64,000 nt of DNA from a virus, in the IMG/VR virus record IMGVR_UViG_3300009071_000007, one strand, 5' to 3'. The number at the start of each line of letters is the position of its first letter. The stretch's first letter is position 1. The notes under the pieces were generated by a model that was not told the DNA's origin, did no database searches, and was given only the letters and a program-made list of their open reading frames with translations. Below are positions 7,095 to 16,829 of this stretch, one piece after another. A program made the translations under genes and the position numbers.

Positions 7095-10000
7095 TGGATA
7101 ACGCTACAAGAAGGCAACTATTACAACGACACAAGCAGTCCGGATTTACGGGCTCCATACTTGACGTATATAACGCATACAATCAAGGAGTAGATCTTAT
7201 TGGGCAGTTCGAGCAACAGAATAATATAGGAGTTGCGGAATCTCCGCAGCAACAACAGCAAGGACTGAGGCCTGCACACCAGGCTGGGGACATTAATAAA
7301 AGTATGGTATTCCCTGATGTCCCTCCTAATACCACATTCAATACAGAGGGCATGAAAGCCCCGATTAACATAGAAAAGTATGATGAGCAGGGACACCTAG
7401 TTAAGTCATACGAGAATGTTCCCCCAGGTGTGCGAAACCTCCCAACAGGACCACAGCGTGGTACAGTCATTGAGACTCCTGCAAGAATGCAAGGCGGCGG
7501 ATTTAACGATACAATGCAGCAGTATGCTAATATGTACAATAAGTTTAATCCAGAGGGCGCTGCTGCTATGGCAAATATGCCTGAGCGTACACCAGACCGT
7601 TTGACAAGCTACACAGATGCGGAAATGACGCGTAATGAAAACCGGCAGAATGCGCTTATTGACCAAGCAGGTTTAAATACAGCTAAAGATGTTGCAGGTA
7701 ATGTAGTGCAGTATCATAAAGATAAACCGCTAGATGCTTTAGGTATGGATTTGGCTGTATTAGGGCAAGTTCCTATTGTTGGGGAAGTGGCAGATTTAGC
7801 AAATGCTGGAATTAGTGGAGCTCGAGGCATTTACAATACAGTGGTGGGGGATACAGCAAAAGCTAATGAGCAGTTTGCATTAGCAGGTCTGAGTGCCGCT
7901 AGTGCAATACCGATTGCAGGAAATGCAGTTGGGGGCGCCCGCATTGTTAAAGCTGGGCACAACATAGCACATAAGGCACACAATCTTGAGAAGGGGGTAA
8001 TTGGGGCTAAAGGTATCAAAGCTGGTAGCTACGAAGCCCCCGCAATGCAAGCAGGCGGTCCAAGAAAACTCCAAAATGCTGGGTGGAAAAACTCGTATAT
8101 TGCAGAAAGTACAGCTCAACCAAGCTTTGCAGAACAAGCATTTCTTAATCAACAAAATGCTCTCCCTGCACTCCCACTCCCACGTTATAAAGACGAGGGT
8201 ACAATCAGGGAGGGAAACTTTGAAGTAGATAAGGATAACAATATTGTAGAAGATAGACCCTCTTTCCTAGAGATGGCTGCTAACCCTATGGCCACGGCTA
8301 GAGCAATAATTGACCCATCAGTAGAAGGACTACCATCTCAAGTAGAGTTTGATCAGTCTAAAGATAAGGGTAACATGTTAGGGCAAGCAGCTAATGATAT
8401 AGTTAATCCTGCTGCATGGGTTAATTATGGTGTAAACGCTTACCAAGATTTTGGGGATGCTACAAAATATGCTATTCAAGGTGAAGGGCAAAAAGCATTG
8501 CAGGCTGCAGGAAGTGGGGCAATGAATGTATTGGGAGCTGTGCCTGGTGTAAGCGTATCTGGGGGGACAGCAGCAAGGCTAGGTAAACAAGCTTTAAATG
8601 CAACAGCAGGACAGGCAGCCAGAAATGTAGCATATAATATGGTAACCCCCATGGGCTACAAGCCCAGATTTCTATCCCCAAAAGAAATTTTAAAAAATGT
8701 GACTGATCCTATGGGAAGGCCTGCACGTACTGCGGAGCGGCTTGTAAGGGAGGCTCCAGAAGATTTATTTACTATAAATCCCCAAACGACTTCTGATTAT
8801 CTTCAAATGAAAACAGAGCAAATAGCTAGAAGATTAGATGCATTTGCTTTAGGCTTAGGAAAGACCCCAAGATATAACACACTTCAAAAAACAGGAGACA
8901 ATCTGTATGAGCCTATTGATGCTGGGTGGGGAGCCCAGGGGCCGCCAGTCACTGTAGGACCCAACTTCCAGAAGCAAGTAAAAGGCGCACTTAGTAACAG
9001 GATTTTCCAGAATCAAATGAAATACGGCACCCCGGACCTAGGAAAAAGAGGCAGTACTATTGGCTATAGTGATGGCACATATGAGCTTATGGGTGGATAT
9101 CATTTAGTTGATGAAGCAGTCCCAAACAACCCAATGCTGCGGAGAATAACTATGAACGATACGTGGGATCTTCACCCGTTTTCAAAAGGAGCAGGGCTTT
9201 TTGCAAATTCCTATCCTGCAACAAAAAAAATATGGGATGTTATGCCTAGAGGTATGCAAAATACTTTAGATAACAAATTAAAAAATACAGAAGTACTCAG
9301 TGCTCTCGGAGGAAAACCAATAAACATAAAATCCAGATGGACCGCAGAGTTGCCACAAGGCTGGGACACACAAATACGTCCACATCGTCTGGGAGATATA
9401 AAACTAACTCACGAGCCTCCTTCTTTTAAAACTGGGGGTATACGTAAAATGCAGGCAGCTGGATTTAATACTGCAGAAAGCACAGCTCGGCCTAATTATG
9501 CAGAACAAGCATTTTTGAATTTACAAAATGCAGTGCCTCCAATAAAGGAAGATCCTTTGGAAAAGTATCGCCCAAGTCAAACATCTGTAAAAGAAGATAC
9601 TAGAACTGATTCGGAGAGAAAAGCTGCCTCTGAAAGAATAGAAAAAGAGAAGAAAAGAGAGGAAGCTATTGAAAAAGGAATAAATCCTAATCTTGCATTT
9701 ATGATGCCTCCAGGACTCCAAGGAGATCCTCAGGCAATAGCCGCATATCAGTATGATAACCCACTTAGTTCACCTATTGGGACAATAGCTACTGGTATAG
9801 CTGGAATTCCAATTGACATCGCGCTTGGGGCTGGGGTTGGATATTTAGCCCCCCGAGTAAGCTCTGCCGCACCTAAGGCAATAAACCTTAGTAAATCAGC
9901 TATGCCTGAAAGTATGAAGATATTAAAACTGCAAAATCAAGCAGCAAGAATGCCAAGATCTATGAGACAAGCTGAGCTTGACTTCATTGATAATGCAAAG

Positions 10001-10225
10001 AATACTCTTAACACAGCTCGCAGAGAAGATATGGGAGCAATATCTGCATTAAAGAATCAAGCAGATGATGTTATACGACAAACAGATGATTTGTATAACC
10101 CCACAAGAATACAAGAAAGGCTGCTAACTCCTCTAGACCCTGACAGAATAGATGTAACAAGGTATCTCGCAAATCAACCAATATCTAGAAACCGGAGAGG
10201 CGGATTTACAAGAAAGCGGAGATAG
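7094..10225 (+). CDS. large virion-associated protein with an internal duplication, Gly-Gly motifs and a basic C-terminal tail (function unknown)
   Basis: 1043-aa ORF with a TAATG overlap to the portal gene. Two copies of a roughly 40-aa unit are present. It ends in NRRGGFTRKRR. Confidence 0.8.
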   Translation: MDNATRRQLLQRHKQSGFTGSILDVYNAYNQGVDLIGQFEQQNNIGVAESPQQQQQGLRPAHQAGDINKSMVFPDVPPNTTFNTEGMKAPINIEKYDEQGHLVKSYENVPPGVRNLPTGPQRGTVIETPARMQGGGFNDTMQQYANMYNKFNPEGAAAMANMPERTPDRLTSYTDAEMTRNENRQNALIDQAGLNTAKDVAGNVVQYHKDKPLDALGMDLAVLGQVPIVGEVADLANAGISGARGIYNTVVGDTAKANEQFALAGLSAASAIPIAGNAVGGARIVKAGHNIAHKAHNLEKGVIGAKGIKAGSYEAPAMQAGGPRKLQNAGWKNSYIAESTAQPSFAEQAFLNQQNALPALPLPRYKDEGTIREGNFEVDKDNNIVEDRPSFLEMAANPMATARAIIDPSVEGLPSQVEFDQSKDKGNMLGQAANDIVNPAAWVNYGVNAYQDFGDATKYAIQGEGQKALQAAGSGAMNVLGAVPGVSVSGGTAARLGKQALNATAGQAARNVAYNMVTPMGYKPRFLSPKEILKNVTDPMGRPARTAERLVREAPEDLFTINPQTTSDYLQMKTEQIARRLDAFALGLGKTPRYNTLQKTGDNLYEPIDAGWGAQGPPVTVGPNFQKQVKGALSNRIFQNQMKYGTPDLGKRGSTIGYSDGTYELMGGYHLVDEAVPNNPMLRRITMNDTWDLHPFSKGAGLFANSYPATKKIWDVMPRGMQNTLDNKLKNTEVLSALGGKPINIKSRWTAELPQGWDTQIRPHRLGDIKLTHEPPSFKTGGIRKMQAAGFNTAESTARPNYAEQAFLNLQNAVPPIKEDPLEKYRPSQTSVKEDTRTDSERKAASERIEKEKKREEAIEKGINPNLAFMMPPGLQGDPQAIAAYQYDNPLSSPIGTIATGIAGIPIDIALGAGVGYLAPRVSSAAPKAINLSKSAMPESMKILKLQNQAARMPRSMRQAELDFIDNAKNTLNTARREDMGAISALKNQADDVIRQTDDLYNPTRIQERLLTPLDPDRIDVTRYLANQPISRNRRGGFTRKRR
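8045..8167 (+). repeat. intragenic repeat copy 1 (MQAGGPRKLQNAGW..AESTAQPSFAEQAFLNQQNALP)
   Basis: The nucleotide core tgcagaaagtacagctc..gcagaacaagcatttcttaatcaacaaaatgc recurs at 9472-9532 with few changes. Confidence 0.85.
9425..9541 (+). repeat. intragenic repeat copy 2 (FKTGGIRKMQAAGF..AESTARPNYAEQAFLNLQNAVPP)
   Basis: See copy 1. It is in the same reading frame, about 1.4 kb downstream. Confidence 0.85.
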
Positions 10226-10286
10226 TGATATATTATAAGGAGTATTGTAAAAAATAATTTTACATAAAACTATAGAATTAACTAAA

Positions 10287-10294
10287 TAAATTTG
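10287..10294 (+). promoter_or_regulatory. TAAATTTG -7 box candidate 5 nt upstream of the 10300 ATG (possible leaderless transcript)
   Basis: It matches TAnnTTTG exactly within a 74-nt AT-rich intergenic gap. I found no convincing TTTG -33 element at the expected spacing. Confidence 0.35.
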
Positions 10295-10299
10295 TAGAC

Positions 10300-11376
10300 A
10301 TGCAACCAGATAACAAGTTAAATATTGACTCTCTAACACTAGACGATGTGCTGGGGGAAGGAGTTGATACAATCGGAGACGTCCAGGACGTTGAAGAAGT
10401 AGCCCCTCAAGAAGTTGAGGAGGTAGAAAAAATTAACAGCGAAGTTGAGATCGAAGAACCTGAGGTTGAAGAACAAGAAACCAAAGAAGAAGTCGAAGAA
10501 GACGACGTTGAAGAAGTTGAAGAACCGAGTAGTGTTGCTTTTGAAGTAGCTAAGACCTTGGGCTTTGAGTTAGAAAATGACTACGAAGATTCCCTAGAAG
10601 GTATTACAAACTTTGTAAGAGACATTAGTCAAAACGCTGCAGAGGAACAACTCGCCGGTCTATTTGAGCAGTTCCCCGACATTCAACAACATCTAGACTA
10701 TGTACTAGCGGGAGGTGATTCCCGTGAGTTCTTTCAAAGACAGGGCCAGCAAGTAGATTACAACTCTATTGAAGTTAAAGAAGCTGATGTTAGCATGCAA
10801 CGAGCAGTCCTTGCGCAGTTCCTGCAGACTAAGGGTCATGACGCAGAATTTATACAAGACACTATTGACACGTATGAAGATTCTGGACGACTCTTTAGCA
10901 ATGCGCAAAAGGCAAAACAACATCTTGTTCAGTTCCAGCAAGAAGAGCAGCAACAGCTCATGGAACAACAACAGCAGATGTATCAGCAGCAACAAGAACA
11001 ACAACAACAGTTCTGGAGTGAGGTTGCTGATACAATAGAGTCAGGTAACGAATTTGCAGGGGTCCGTATCCCAGATAGAGAAAAATCAAACTTTTTTGAG
11101 TACATATCTACACCTGTAGGAGAGGGAGGAAAGACACAACGTGATCTTGACTACCAAGAAGCAGGAACAGATATCAAACTCGCTATAGATTATATGCTGT
11201 ATAGTGGGTTTGACCTAAATGGTGTAATTGAAAAGAAGGCTAAGACGCAAGCTGCTAAGAATTTGAGACAAAGAATTATCTCAAACGAAGAGAAGTCCAA
11301 GTCTGCCCGAAAACAACAACGTAGCTCTAAGACGATCGATTTTGATCAATTAGATTTAGGTAGCATATTACAATAA
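10300..11376 (+). CDS. scaffolding-protein candidate
   Basis: 358 aa immediately upstream of the capsid candidate. The N-terminal third is extremely acidic (E/V/D-rich). The centre is Gln-rich coiled coil (QQEEQQQLMEQQQQMYQQQQEQQQQ). Composition and position are typical of scaffolds. Confidence 0.5.
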   Translation: MQPDNKLNIDSLTLDDVLGEGVDTIGDVQDVEEVAPQEVEEVEKINSEVEIEEPEVEEQETKEEVEEDDVEEVEEPSSVAFEVAKTLGFELENDYEDSLEGITNFVRDISQNAAEEQLAGLFEQFPDIQQHLDYVLAGGDSREFFQRQGQQVDYNSIEVKEADVSMQRAVLAQFLQTKGHDAEFIQDTIDTYEDSGRLFSNAQKAKQHLVQFQQEEQQQLMEQQQQMYQQQQEQQQQFWSEVADTIESGNEFAGVRIPDREKSNFFEYISTPVGEGGKTQRDLDYQEAGTDIKLAIDYMLYSGFDLNGVIEKKAKTQAAKNLRQRIISNEEKSKSARKQQRSSKTIDFDQLDLGSILQ

Positions 11377-11397
11377 ACAACTAAAAATTAGAAAACT

Positions 11398-12819
11398 ATG
11401 GCTTTAACTCAAGTACTTAAGACGTACTACAATGACTCGCAGATGACCGACACTAACTCGTTGGTTAATGCGCTTATGGAGAAACCAGAAGAACTCTCCC
11501 CAATTATTACTCACCTCGCAGGACGTGAGGAGAAAAAGTTCCCATTGTCCTTCTTGACTGAAGGTGTTGGTAACACTAAATCTATTGACCGCTTTGAATA
11601 CGAGTACCGCGTGAAGACTCACGAGGTAAATGTTCGGCCTGTTGTTGCATCTACAGGTACAGGTGCTGGAGGTTCTATGTTCAAAGTAACCTTCCCAGAC
11701 AAGTGGTTCGTATTCCCTTACACTTTGGTTTCTCAATCAGGTGCATTGGCTCGAATCATGGAGCAGCCTAAGCCTGCAGCTGGGGGCTATGAGTACATCT
11801 TGAAAGTTGTATCTCCTGATGTGTCTGCAATTGCAAGTACTGATCTCGACGACGGCGCATTGTGGGGTATGCTTTTTGCTAACGTAGGAGTTGACTTCTC
11901 TCGTGGTAATGCTTCTAACTGGAGTGCACCCGGGTTGGTTCGATCTAAGATTGGTACCGTACGTAAGTCTTACCACTTCTCTGGTAATGCTAAGGACTAC
12001 GTTGCTGAGTTTAATCTCCCAACTAAAGAGGGTTCTACCACTAAGTTGTGGATGGACTACGAAGAGTACCGTCACATGCTCAAGTTTAAGGAAGAGTGTG
12101 AGATGTACTACTGGTACGGTCAAAAGACTTACGACGCTGACGGCTCAAACAGAATGTTGGACGAGAACGGCCAGCCAGTTATTTCTGGTCCTGGTTTGTT
12201 CGAGCAGATTATCAACAAAGACACTTACTCTTCTTTGACTCAAAAGAAGATTGAGGACGTTATTGGTGACTTGTTCTACGGCATGACTGACGCTACTGAT
12301 AAGCAGGTTACTTTGTACACTGGTATTGGTGGAGCACGTGAGTTTGATAAGGCACTGAAAAATTACTACGGCGATAGCAATAACTCTTATCTCCAAACTA
12401 CTGAATCTAAGTTCATCACTGGAAGTGGACGTAGCTTGGGTATTACCGGTTACTTCAATTCTTATGACCACGTTGATGGCCACAGAGTGAACGTAGTAAA
12501 AGTTCCATTATTTGACCATGGCCCAGTTGCTCAAGCTTCTACTAAGCACCCAGATACTGGATTGCCATTGGAATCTTACAGAATGACCTTCGTTGATCAG
12601 TCATCTTATGACGGAGAAAACAACCTCCAAATGATTAATAAGAAGGGTCGTGAAATGTTGCGTTGGGCTGTTGCTGGTTCAGTTGTCCCTAAGGGATTTG
12701 CTGAGTCTGACACTCGCGCAAGTGATATAGACGGTGCGTCTGTACACATGTTGAAAACAGCAGGTATCTTGCTTCGCCGCTTTGATACTTCGCTTGATCT
12801 GCAGTGTGTGGCATCGTAA
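11398..12819 (+). CDS. major capsid protein candidate
   Basis: 473-aa ORF following the scaffold-like gene. Its codon usage looks biased toward highly expressed genes. A GC-rich hairpin follows it. No sequence motif recognised, so the call rests on position and size. Confidence 0.6.
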   Translation: MALTQVLKTYYNDSQMTDTNSLVNALMEKPEELSPIITHLAGREEKKFPLSFLTEGVGNTKSIDRFEYEYRVKTHEVNVRPVVASTGTGAGGSMFKVTFPDKWFVFPYTLVSQSGALARIMEQPKPAAGGYEYILKVVSPDVSAIASTDLDDGALWGMLFANVGVDFSRGNASNWSAPGLVRSKIGTVRKSYHFSGNAKDYVAEFNLPTKEGSTTKLWMDYEEYRHMLKFKEECEMYYWYGQKTYDADGSNRMLDENGQPVISGPGLFEQIINKDTYSSLTQKKIEDVIGDLFYGMTDATDKQVTLYTGIGGAREFDKALKNYYGDSNNSYLQTTESKFITGSGRSLGITGYFNSYDHVDGHRVNVVKVPLFDHGPVAQASTKHPDTGLPLESYRMTFVDQSSYDGENNLQMINKKGREMLRWAVAGSVVPKGFAESDTRASDIDGASVHMLKTAGILLRRFDTSLDLQCVAS

Positions 12820-12838
12820 TTTGTGTTTGGTTTGCATA

Positions 12839-12867
12839 GGGGGGACTGCCAACGGGTTGGTCCCCCC
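12839..12867 (+). terminator. GC-rich hairpin downstream of the capsid gene (GGGGGGAC-N13-GTCCCCCC)
   Basis: A perfect 8-bp G/C stem lies 20 nt after the stop. No U-tract follows, so intrinsic-terminator function is uncertain. Confidence 0.5.
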
Positions 12868-12952
12868 ACTTACCAATAAACCCATTAAGTTATTCTTCTT
12901 AACAAAAGAACAGCTTAGTTATTCTTTCTAAACTTAAAAGAACAATCAAACC

Positions 12953-13759
12953 ATGCGAAAAATATACATACGCAGAAAAGAAGTCCTGAATCACTTACCC
13001 AAAGAAGTACGTGCAGGCGCAAAAATTAGTATTGGGAGTATCTATGTCGGAAGACAACCTCTACGAGGTGTAGAAGGAGAAGAAGCTCATAAGCTTTTAT
13101 CCGGTATATTAGACGTCCCTCCCGGACATGCAGACTGGCCAAAACAAGAAAAAGACTTTTGGGCTAGTATGACTGTAAAGATTCCATTTGAAGGAATGGA
13201 GCTTGATATCAGTACTGACGAAGATGGTAATCCTACTAACGTGATGGATTACATTATTTATAAGTGGTGCATGAAGCATAGACAAGTAGCTGAGTCTGAA
13301 GCTCAAATGAAATCAGACGCAACAAAAAAATTCTATGTCTATGACCCACAAAAAGATTTACTCAAACTCAATGTTCAAGTAAAGCTTAGAAAAGAAGCAG
13401 ATAAGGAGTTTATCAAAATAAGCTCTGATCCTGATAAGATGCGTAGATTGCTTCGTGTATTGTCCAAAGGATCTCGACCAGAGAAACTTACTGATATGGA
13501 AGTTGAGAACCAATTGTACAACCTTAAAAACGAAAAGGCTGGCCAGTTCCTAAAACTTAGTACAGACAAACACCTTGATGTACGCGCTGAGCTTGAACAA
13601 ATGCTTGAACTCGGTGTGCTTCGAGCCATTGGTAATCAAATTATCTACGGAGATGAAACTATTGGGGAGAACATTACCGATACTATTGTATATTTCAACA
13701 ACAAAAAGAACTCGGGGCAAGTAAACGCCATGCGAGCACAACTTAAAGAACTTAAATGA
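12953..13759 (+). CDS. hypothetical protein (268 aa), virion-module gene
   Basis: Long ORF with an ATGA overlap to the next gene. No motif recognised. Confidence 0.8.
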   Translation: MRKIYIRRKEVLNHLPKEVRAGAKISIGSIYVGRQPLRGVEGEEAHKLLSGILDVPPGHADWPKQEKDFWASMTVKIPFEGMELDISTDEDGNPTNVMDYIIYKWCMKHRQVAESEAQMKSDATKKFYVYDPQKDLLKLNVQVKLRKEADKEFIKISSDPDKMRRLLRVLSKGSRPEKLTDMEVENQLYNLKNEKAGQFLKLSTDKHLDVRAELEQMLELGVLRAIGNQIIYGDETIGENITDTIVYFNNKKNSGQVNAMRAQLKELK

Positions 13760-15093
13760 CAATAGAAGAGATGCATATTGCTGTCAACCTGGGGGTGCAA
13801 AAGATTGCATCTTTCCAGGTTGACAATCTCTTACCACAAGAGATTGATCACGAGCTTAATAATTCAATGAATCGATTTATTAAGCAGCGCTATAGCCCTA
13901 TGGGCAATAAATACCGAAGAGGATTTGAACAATCTCAAAAAAGAATTGATGATCTGCGAGCACTAGTAGTAGACAGCAGAACTAAATGTTTCTATGTTGG
14001 GGAATCTCTTACTGGCTATAAAATTGATAGAGCACCACTTCCTATGGACTATATGTTCTTAGTTAATGCTGTTGCTGATAACTATCAGGCTTGTAACAAT
14101 GTTATTGAGTGGAAATTTGATGAAGATCAAACTTTTAAATACAAGCAGTGGGATATCAGAATGACTCCCCCTCCCGGAGCTGAAGGATATAAGCTTGGGC
14201 AGCTAAAGTTTGGGGATGCAGTTTTAATTGCATCTGTAGAGTCAGATGGTACAATCATTGGAGAGGGCTTAACAAGAAGGCACCTTGCAAATTGGTACAA
14301 CTTTATACAAGCTCCTGGAACACCTCCCGCACAAGAAAGTAATAGTAGTGGTGAGCAGTCTGGGTTTGATTCTGACTTTTTAGAACAAGTAGTTGTAGTA
14401 GACTCTGATCCTTATTGGAGAAAAAATGTAACAACTAATAGTGCGGGGCTTGGTTCACAAGATGATGAAAATACGGGACAAGAATCATTTGACCTGTTTA
14501 TGCTTCAAGGGTCAGAGAGAACCCCAACTATGCACTCTAACTTAGTAAAAATACTAATTAAGAGCGCTGCAATCCAGACTGCAACTAACAGTTCTACTCC
14601 CGCGATGACCGCCGTCTGGTACAATCCTACAGACCAAACATCTGTAACTCAAACTATTCCGTGTGGGACACCCTCGCAGCTAGAATCTATCGACGATGCA
14701 GGAAAAACCAACAGGTCAATAAAATTTAGAGCATATGATAAAGATGCTACTGTCCCAGGAGTAAGAAGTAGAGACCGAATGTGGTTTGCACAACATGACG
14801 ACTTGTATGCAATGTTCTCTGATCCATTCAATACGACGTCTTACGACAAGATTAAATACACAATACAAGAAAACTTTATTGACGTACATAGTGACGAAAC
14901 TTTTTTCACTACATTTGTTGATGTTAAATATATTAGGCACCCTAAGTTTATGAACAAAGGTTTAGGCATAGGGTGTGAGTTGCCAGAACACACTCATCAA
15001 GAGATCGTGGAACTGGCAATACAAAGCATACTAGAGGCCATTTCGGACCCGAGGTATAACTCACAATCTAGGGAAGTCCTAGAGAGTGAATAA
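13756..15093 (+). CDS. hypothetical protein (445 aa), probable structural protein
   Basis: Long ORF in the morphogenesis arm. No motif recognised. Confidence 0.8.
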   Translation: MTIEEMHIAVNLGVQKIASFQVDNLLPQEIDHELNNSMNRFIKQRYSPMGNKYRRGFEQSQKRIDDLRALVVDSRTKCFYVGESLTGYKIDRAPLPMDYMFLVNAVADNYQACNNVIEWKFDEDQTFKYKQWDIRMTPPPGAEGYKLGQLKFGDAVLIASVESDGTIIGEGLTRRHLANWYNFIQAPGTPPAQESNSSGEQSGFDSDFLEQVVVVDSDPYWRKNVTTNSAGLGSQDDENTGQESFDLFMLQGSERTPTMHSNLVKILIKSAAIQTATNSSTPAMTAVWYNPTDQTSVTQTIPCGTPSQLESIDDAGKTNRSIKFRAYDKDATVPGVRSRDRMWFAQHDDLYAMFSDPFNTTSYDKIKYTIQENFIDVHSDETFFTTFVDVKYIRHPKFMNKGLGIGCELPEHTHQEIVELAIQSILEAISDPRYNSQSREVLESE

Positions 15094-15128
15094 ATATGAT
15101 GTTTAATCCCAAAAAAAAATAAATTAAG

Positions 15129-16175
15129 ATGGGAACTAATCTTTCACAGGTATTCGTTTCAGACGCACTAACAGCCCTGAGCGGTACTACTTTTAATACT
15201 TCCGGCGATACTGCCGATGATGTAGGTATATGGAAATTGGATGCAACTGCAGGTTACTTGGCTACAGCATTGTTTCAAGCAAATATTGACACTGATGCTG
15301 AAGCAGGCGACGACACCACTGGTTTGACTGCAATTAACAACCCTTTGTGGTTGGTAAACGATATTCAAATCGTACAGAGAGCTGCTCCTCATTTCATTGC
15401 ATCTCCATTGATCAACACTCGCAATATCAAGAGCATTAAGTACCAAAACCACACTGGATCTACGATGCATGCTGGCACCGTTACTTTTGCTGCTGATGAT
15501 GCTAACGATGACTGCAATGTAAAAATCATTGTGCGTTCAATTCCAACTGACTACTTGAACTTCGGTAATGAGAACACTGCAATTGCAGACTTCTCTAACG
15601 AAGGCTACCGCTTTCCAATAAGTGTTAGCCGAGCAGGACAGTTGTTGAACATTGGTGCAAAAGGAGCATCTGCTGACGCTGCAGGTGCTAACTTAGTAGC
15701 TAACATTGAAGGTAACGCTACATTAAACGCTATGTTGAATGTTTCTAACTCTAGTGGAACAGTAACATTGACTGCACGTCACCCAGGCTTTATCTTTGAC
15801 TTGTACGCATACAACAACACTGACTCTACTGAGCCCGCTGCATCTAGCGGCACTGCAAAGTTCGATGCAGGTGTTGGTAATGACTGGCAGGTAGTTGGTG
15901 ATGAAATGCGTTGCAGAAGCCGTTACGGTAACTTCAACAGAATGTACTTCCCACAAAATCAGACTACGTATGGACAAAATGGTTCTGCGTATGATAAGAT
16001 TGTTGTTGAGTACGCACACAACTGGCCATCATCTACAGGTATTGCACCTGCTGGTGATTTGAACCAAGCTGTGATTTACTGCACAAATGCTGGAACAGAT
16101 CCAAGCACCACCAGTAGTGAATTCGGAACCTTGTTTGGATTCACAGCTGGAACCGACATCGAGTACCGTTGGTAA
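15129..16175 (+). CDS. abundant virion structural protein candidate (second capsid/decoration or tail component)
   Basis: 348-aa ORF followed by a canonical intrinsic terminator. Composition is Thr/Ala/Asn/Gly-rich. Function not recognised. Confidence 0.75.
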   Translation: MGTNLSQVFVSDALTALSGTTFNTSGDTADDVGIWKLDATAGYLATALFQANIDTDAEAGDDTTGLTAINNPLWLVNDIQIVQRAAPHFIASPLINTRNIKSIKYQNHTGSTMHAGTVTFAADDANDDCNVKIIVRSIPTDYLNFGNENTAIADFSNEGYRFPISVSRAGQLLNIGAKGASADAAGANLVANIEGNATLNAMLNVSNSSGTVTLTARHPGFIFDLYAYNNTDSTEPAASSGTAKFDAGVGNDWQVVGDEMRCRSRYGNFNRMYFPQNQTTYGQNGSAYDKIVVEYAHNWPSSTGIAPAGDLNQAVIYCTNAGTDPSTTSSEFGTLFGFTAGTDIEYRW

Positions 16176-16193
16176 TAAGACTGTTTAATAGAA

Positions 16194-16225
16194 TAGGGGC
16201 AGGAATTGGCCTGTCCCTATTTTTT
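16194..16225 (+). terminator. rho-independent terminator
   Basis: The TAGGGGCAGG-aattgg-CCTGTCCCTA stem has one G.U pair. It is followed by TTTTTT at 16220-16225. Confidence 0.8.
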
Positions 16226-16238
16226 AATTTTTAATCAC

Positions 16239-16829
16239 ATGGCATCAGCAGAAGACGTACGGATCTTAAACGTATCCACAAATTGTAAAACTGTAACCGG
16301 GAGAATAGAGAACGGGCACATTGATATGTTTGGGAGTGCTATTTCAAATGTTAATGCTATTCTTAAGGTATATGTGTACGACCAAAGTAATACAGTTCAA
16401 ATATACCTATCAGGAAGTGACCTAGACACTACAACAGAGGCTGGAGTTTTAACATTTACCGCAACATCAACTACTCAGTTTACAGGAGTCATATCAGTAG
16501 AGCTACATGATGCTACTACCCTCAACGATGATATAGATGCAGACGGAGTAAAGAATGAAAATGCGGCAGATACTACGCTGATGGAAACAGTGTACACGGT
16601 AGCTCCTTGTAAAATAAACTGCTGCATTGCTAAGCTTGTTGATGCAGCAATAGAATGTCACTGCAAGTGTGACAAGTGTAAAGAAGACTTGCTACGAGCA
16701 GAAAAAGTACTTCTAATGTTGCAAGGCGCAACTTTTGCTGCAGAACAGGAAAGTAACTACGATCATGCAGTAAACATGTATAACAAAGCAAATACTCTAT
16801 GTACTGAGGTTTGCGCATGTGGATGCTAA
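16239..16829 (+). CDS. hypothetical protein with a Cys-cluster C-terminus
   Basis: I chose the ATG at 16239 because the track's TTG start at 16206 lies inside the terminator stem. The C-terminal 70 aa hold 11 Cys (CKINCC..ECHCKCDKC..LCTEVCACGC). Confidence 0.75.
   Translation: MASAEDVRILNVSTNCKTVTGRIENGHIDMFGSAISNVNAILKVYVYDQSNTVQIYLSGSDLDTTTEAGVLTFTATSTTQFTGVISVELHDATTLNDDIDADGVKNENAADTTLMETVYTVAPCKINCCIAKLVDAAIECHCKCDKCKEDLLRAEKVLLMLQGATFAAEQESNYDHAVNMYNKANTLCTEVCACGC

Noticed and set aside
16206-16238. TTG start at 16206 for the Cys-cluster protein
   Set aside because: These codons lie inside the terminator hairpin and T-tract of the upstream gene. The first ATG, at 16239, is the plausible start.
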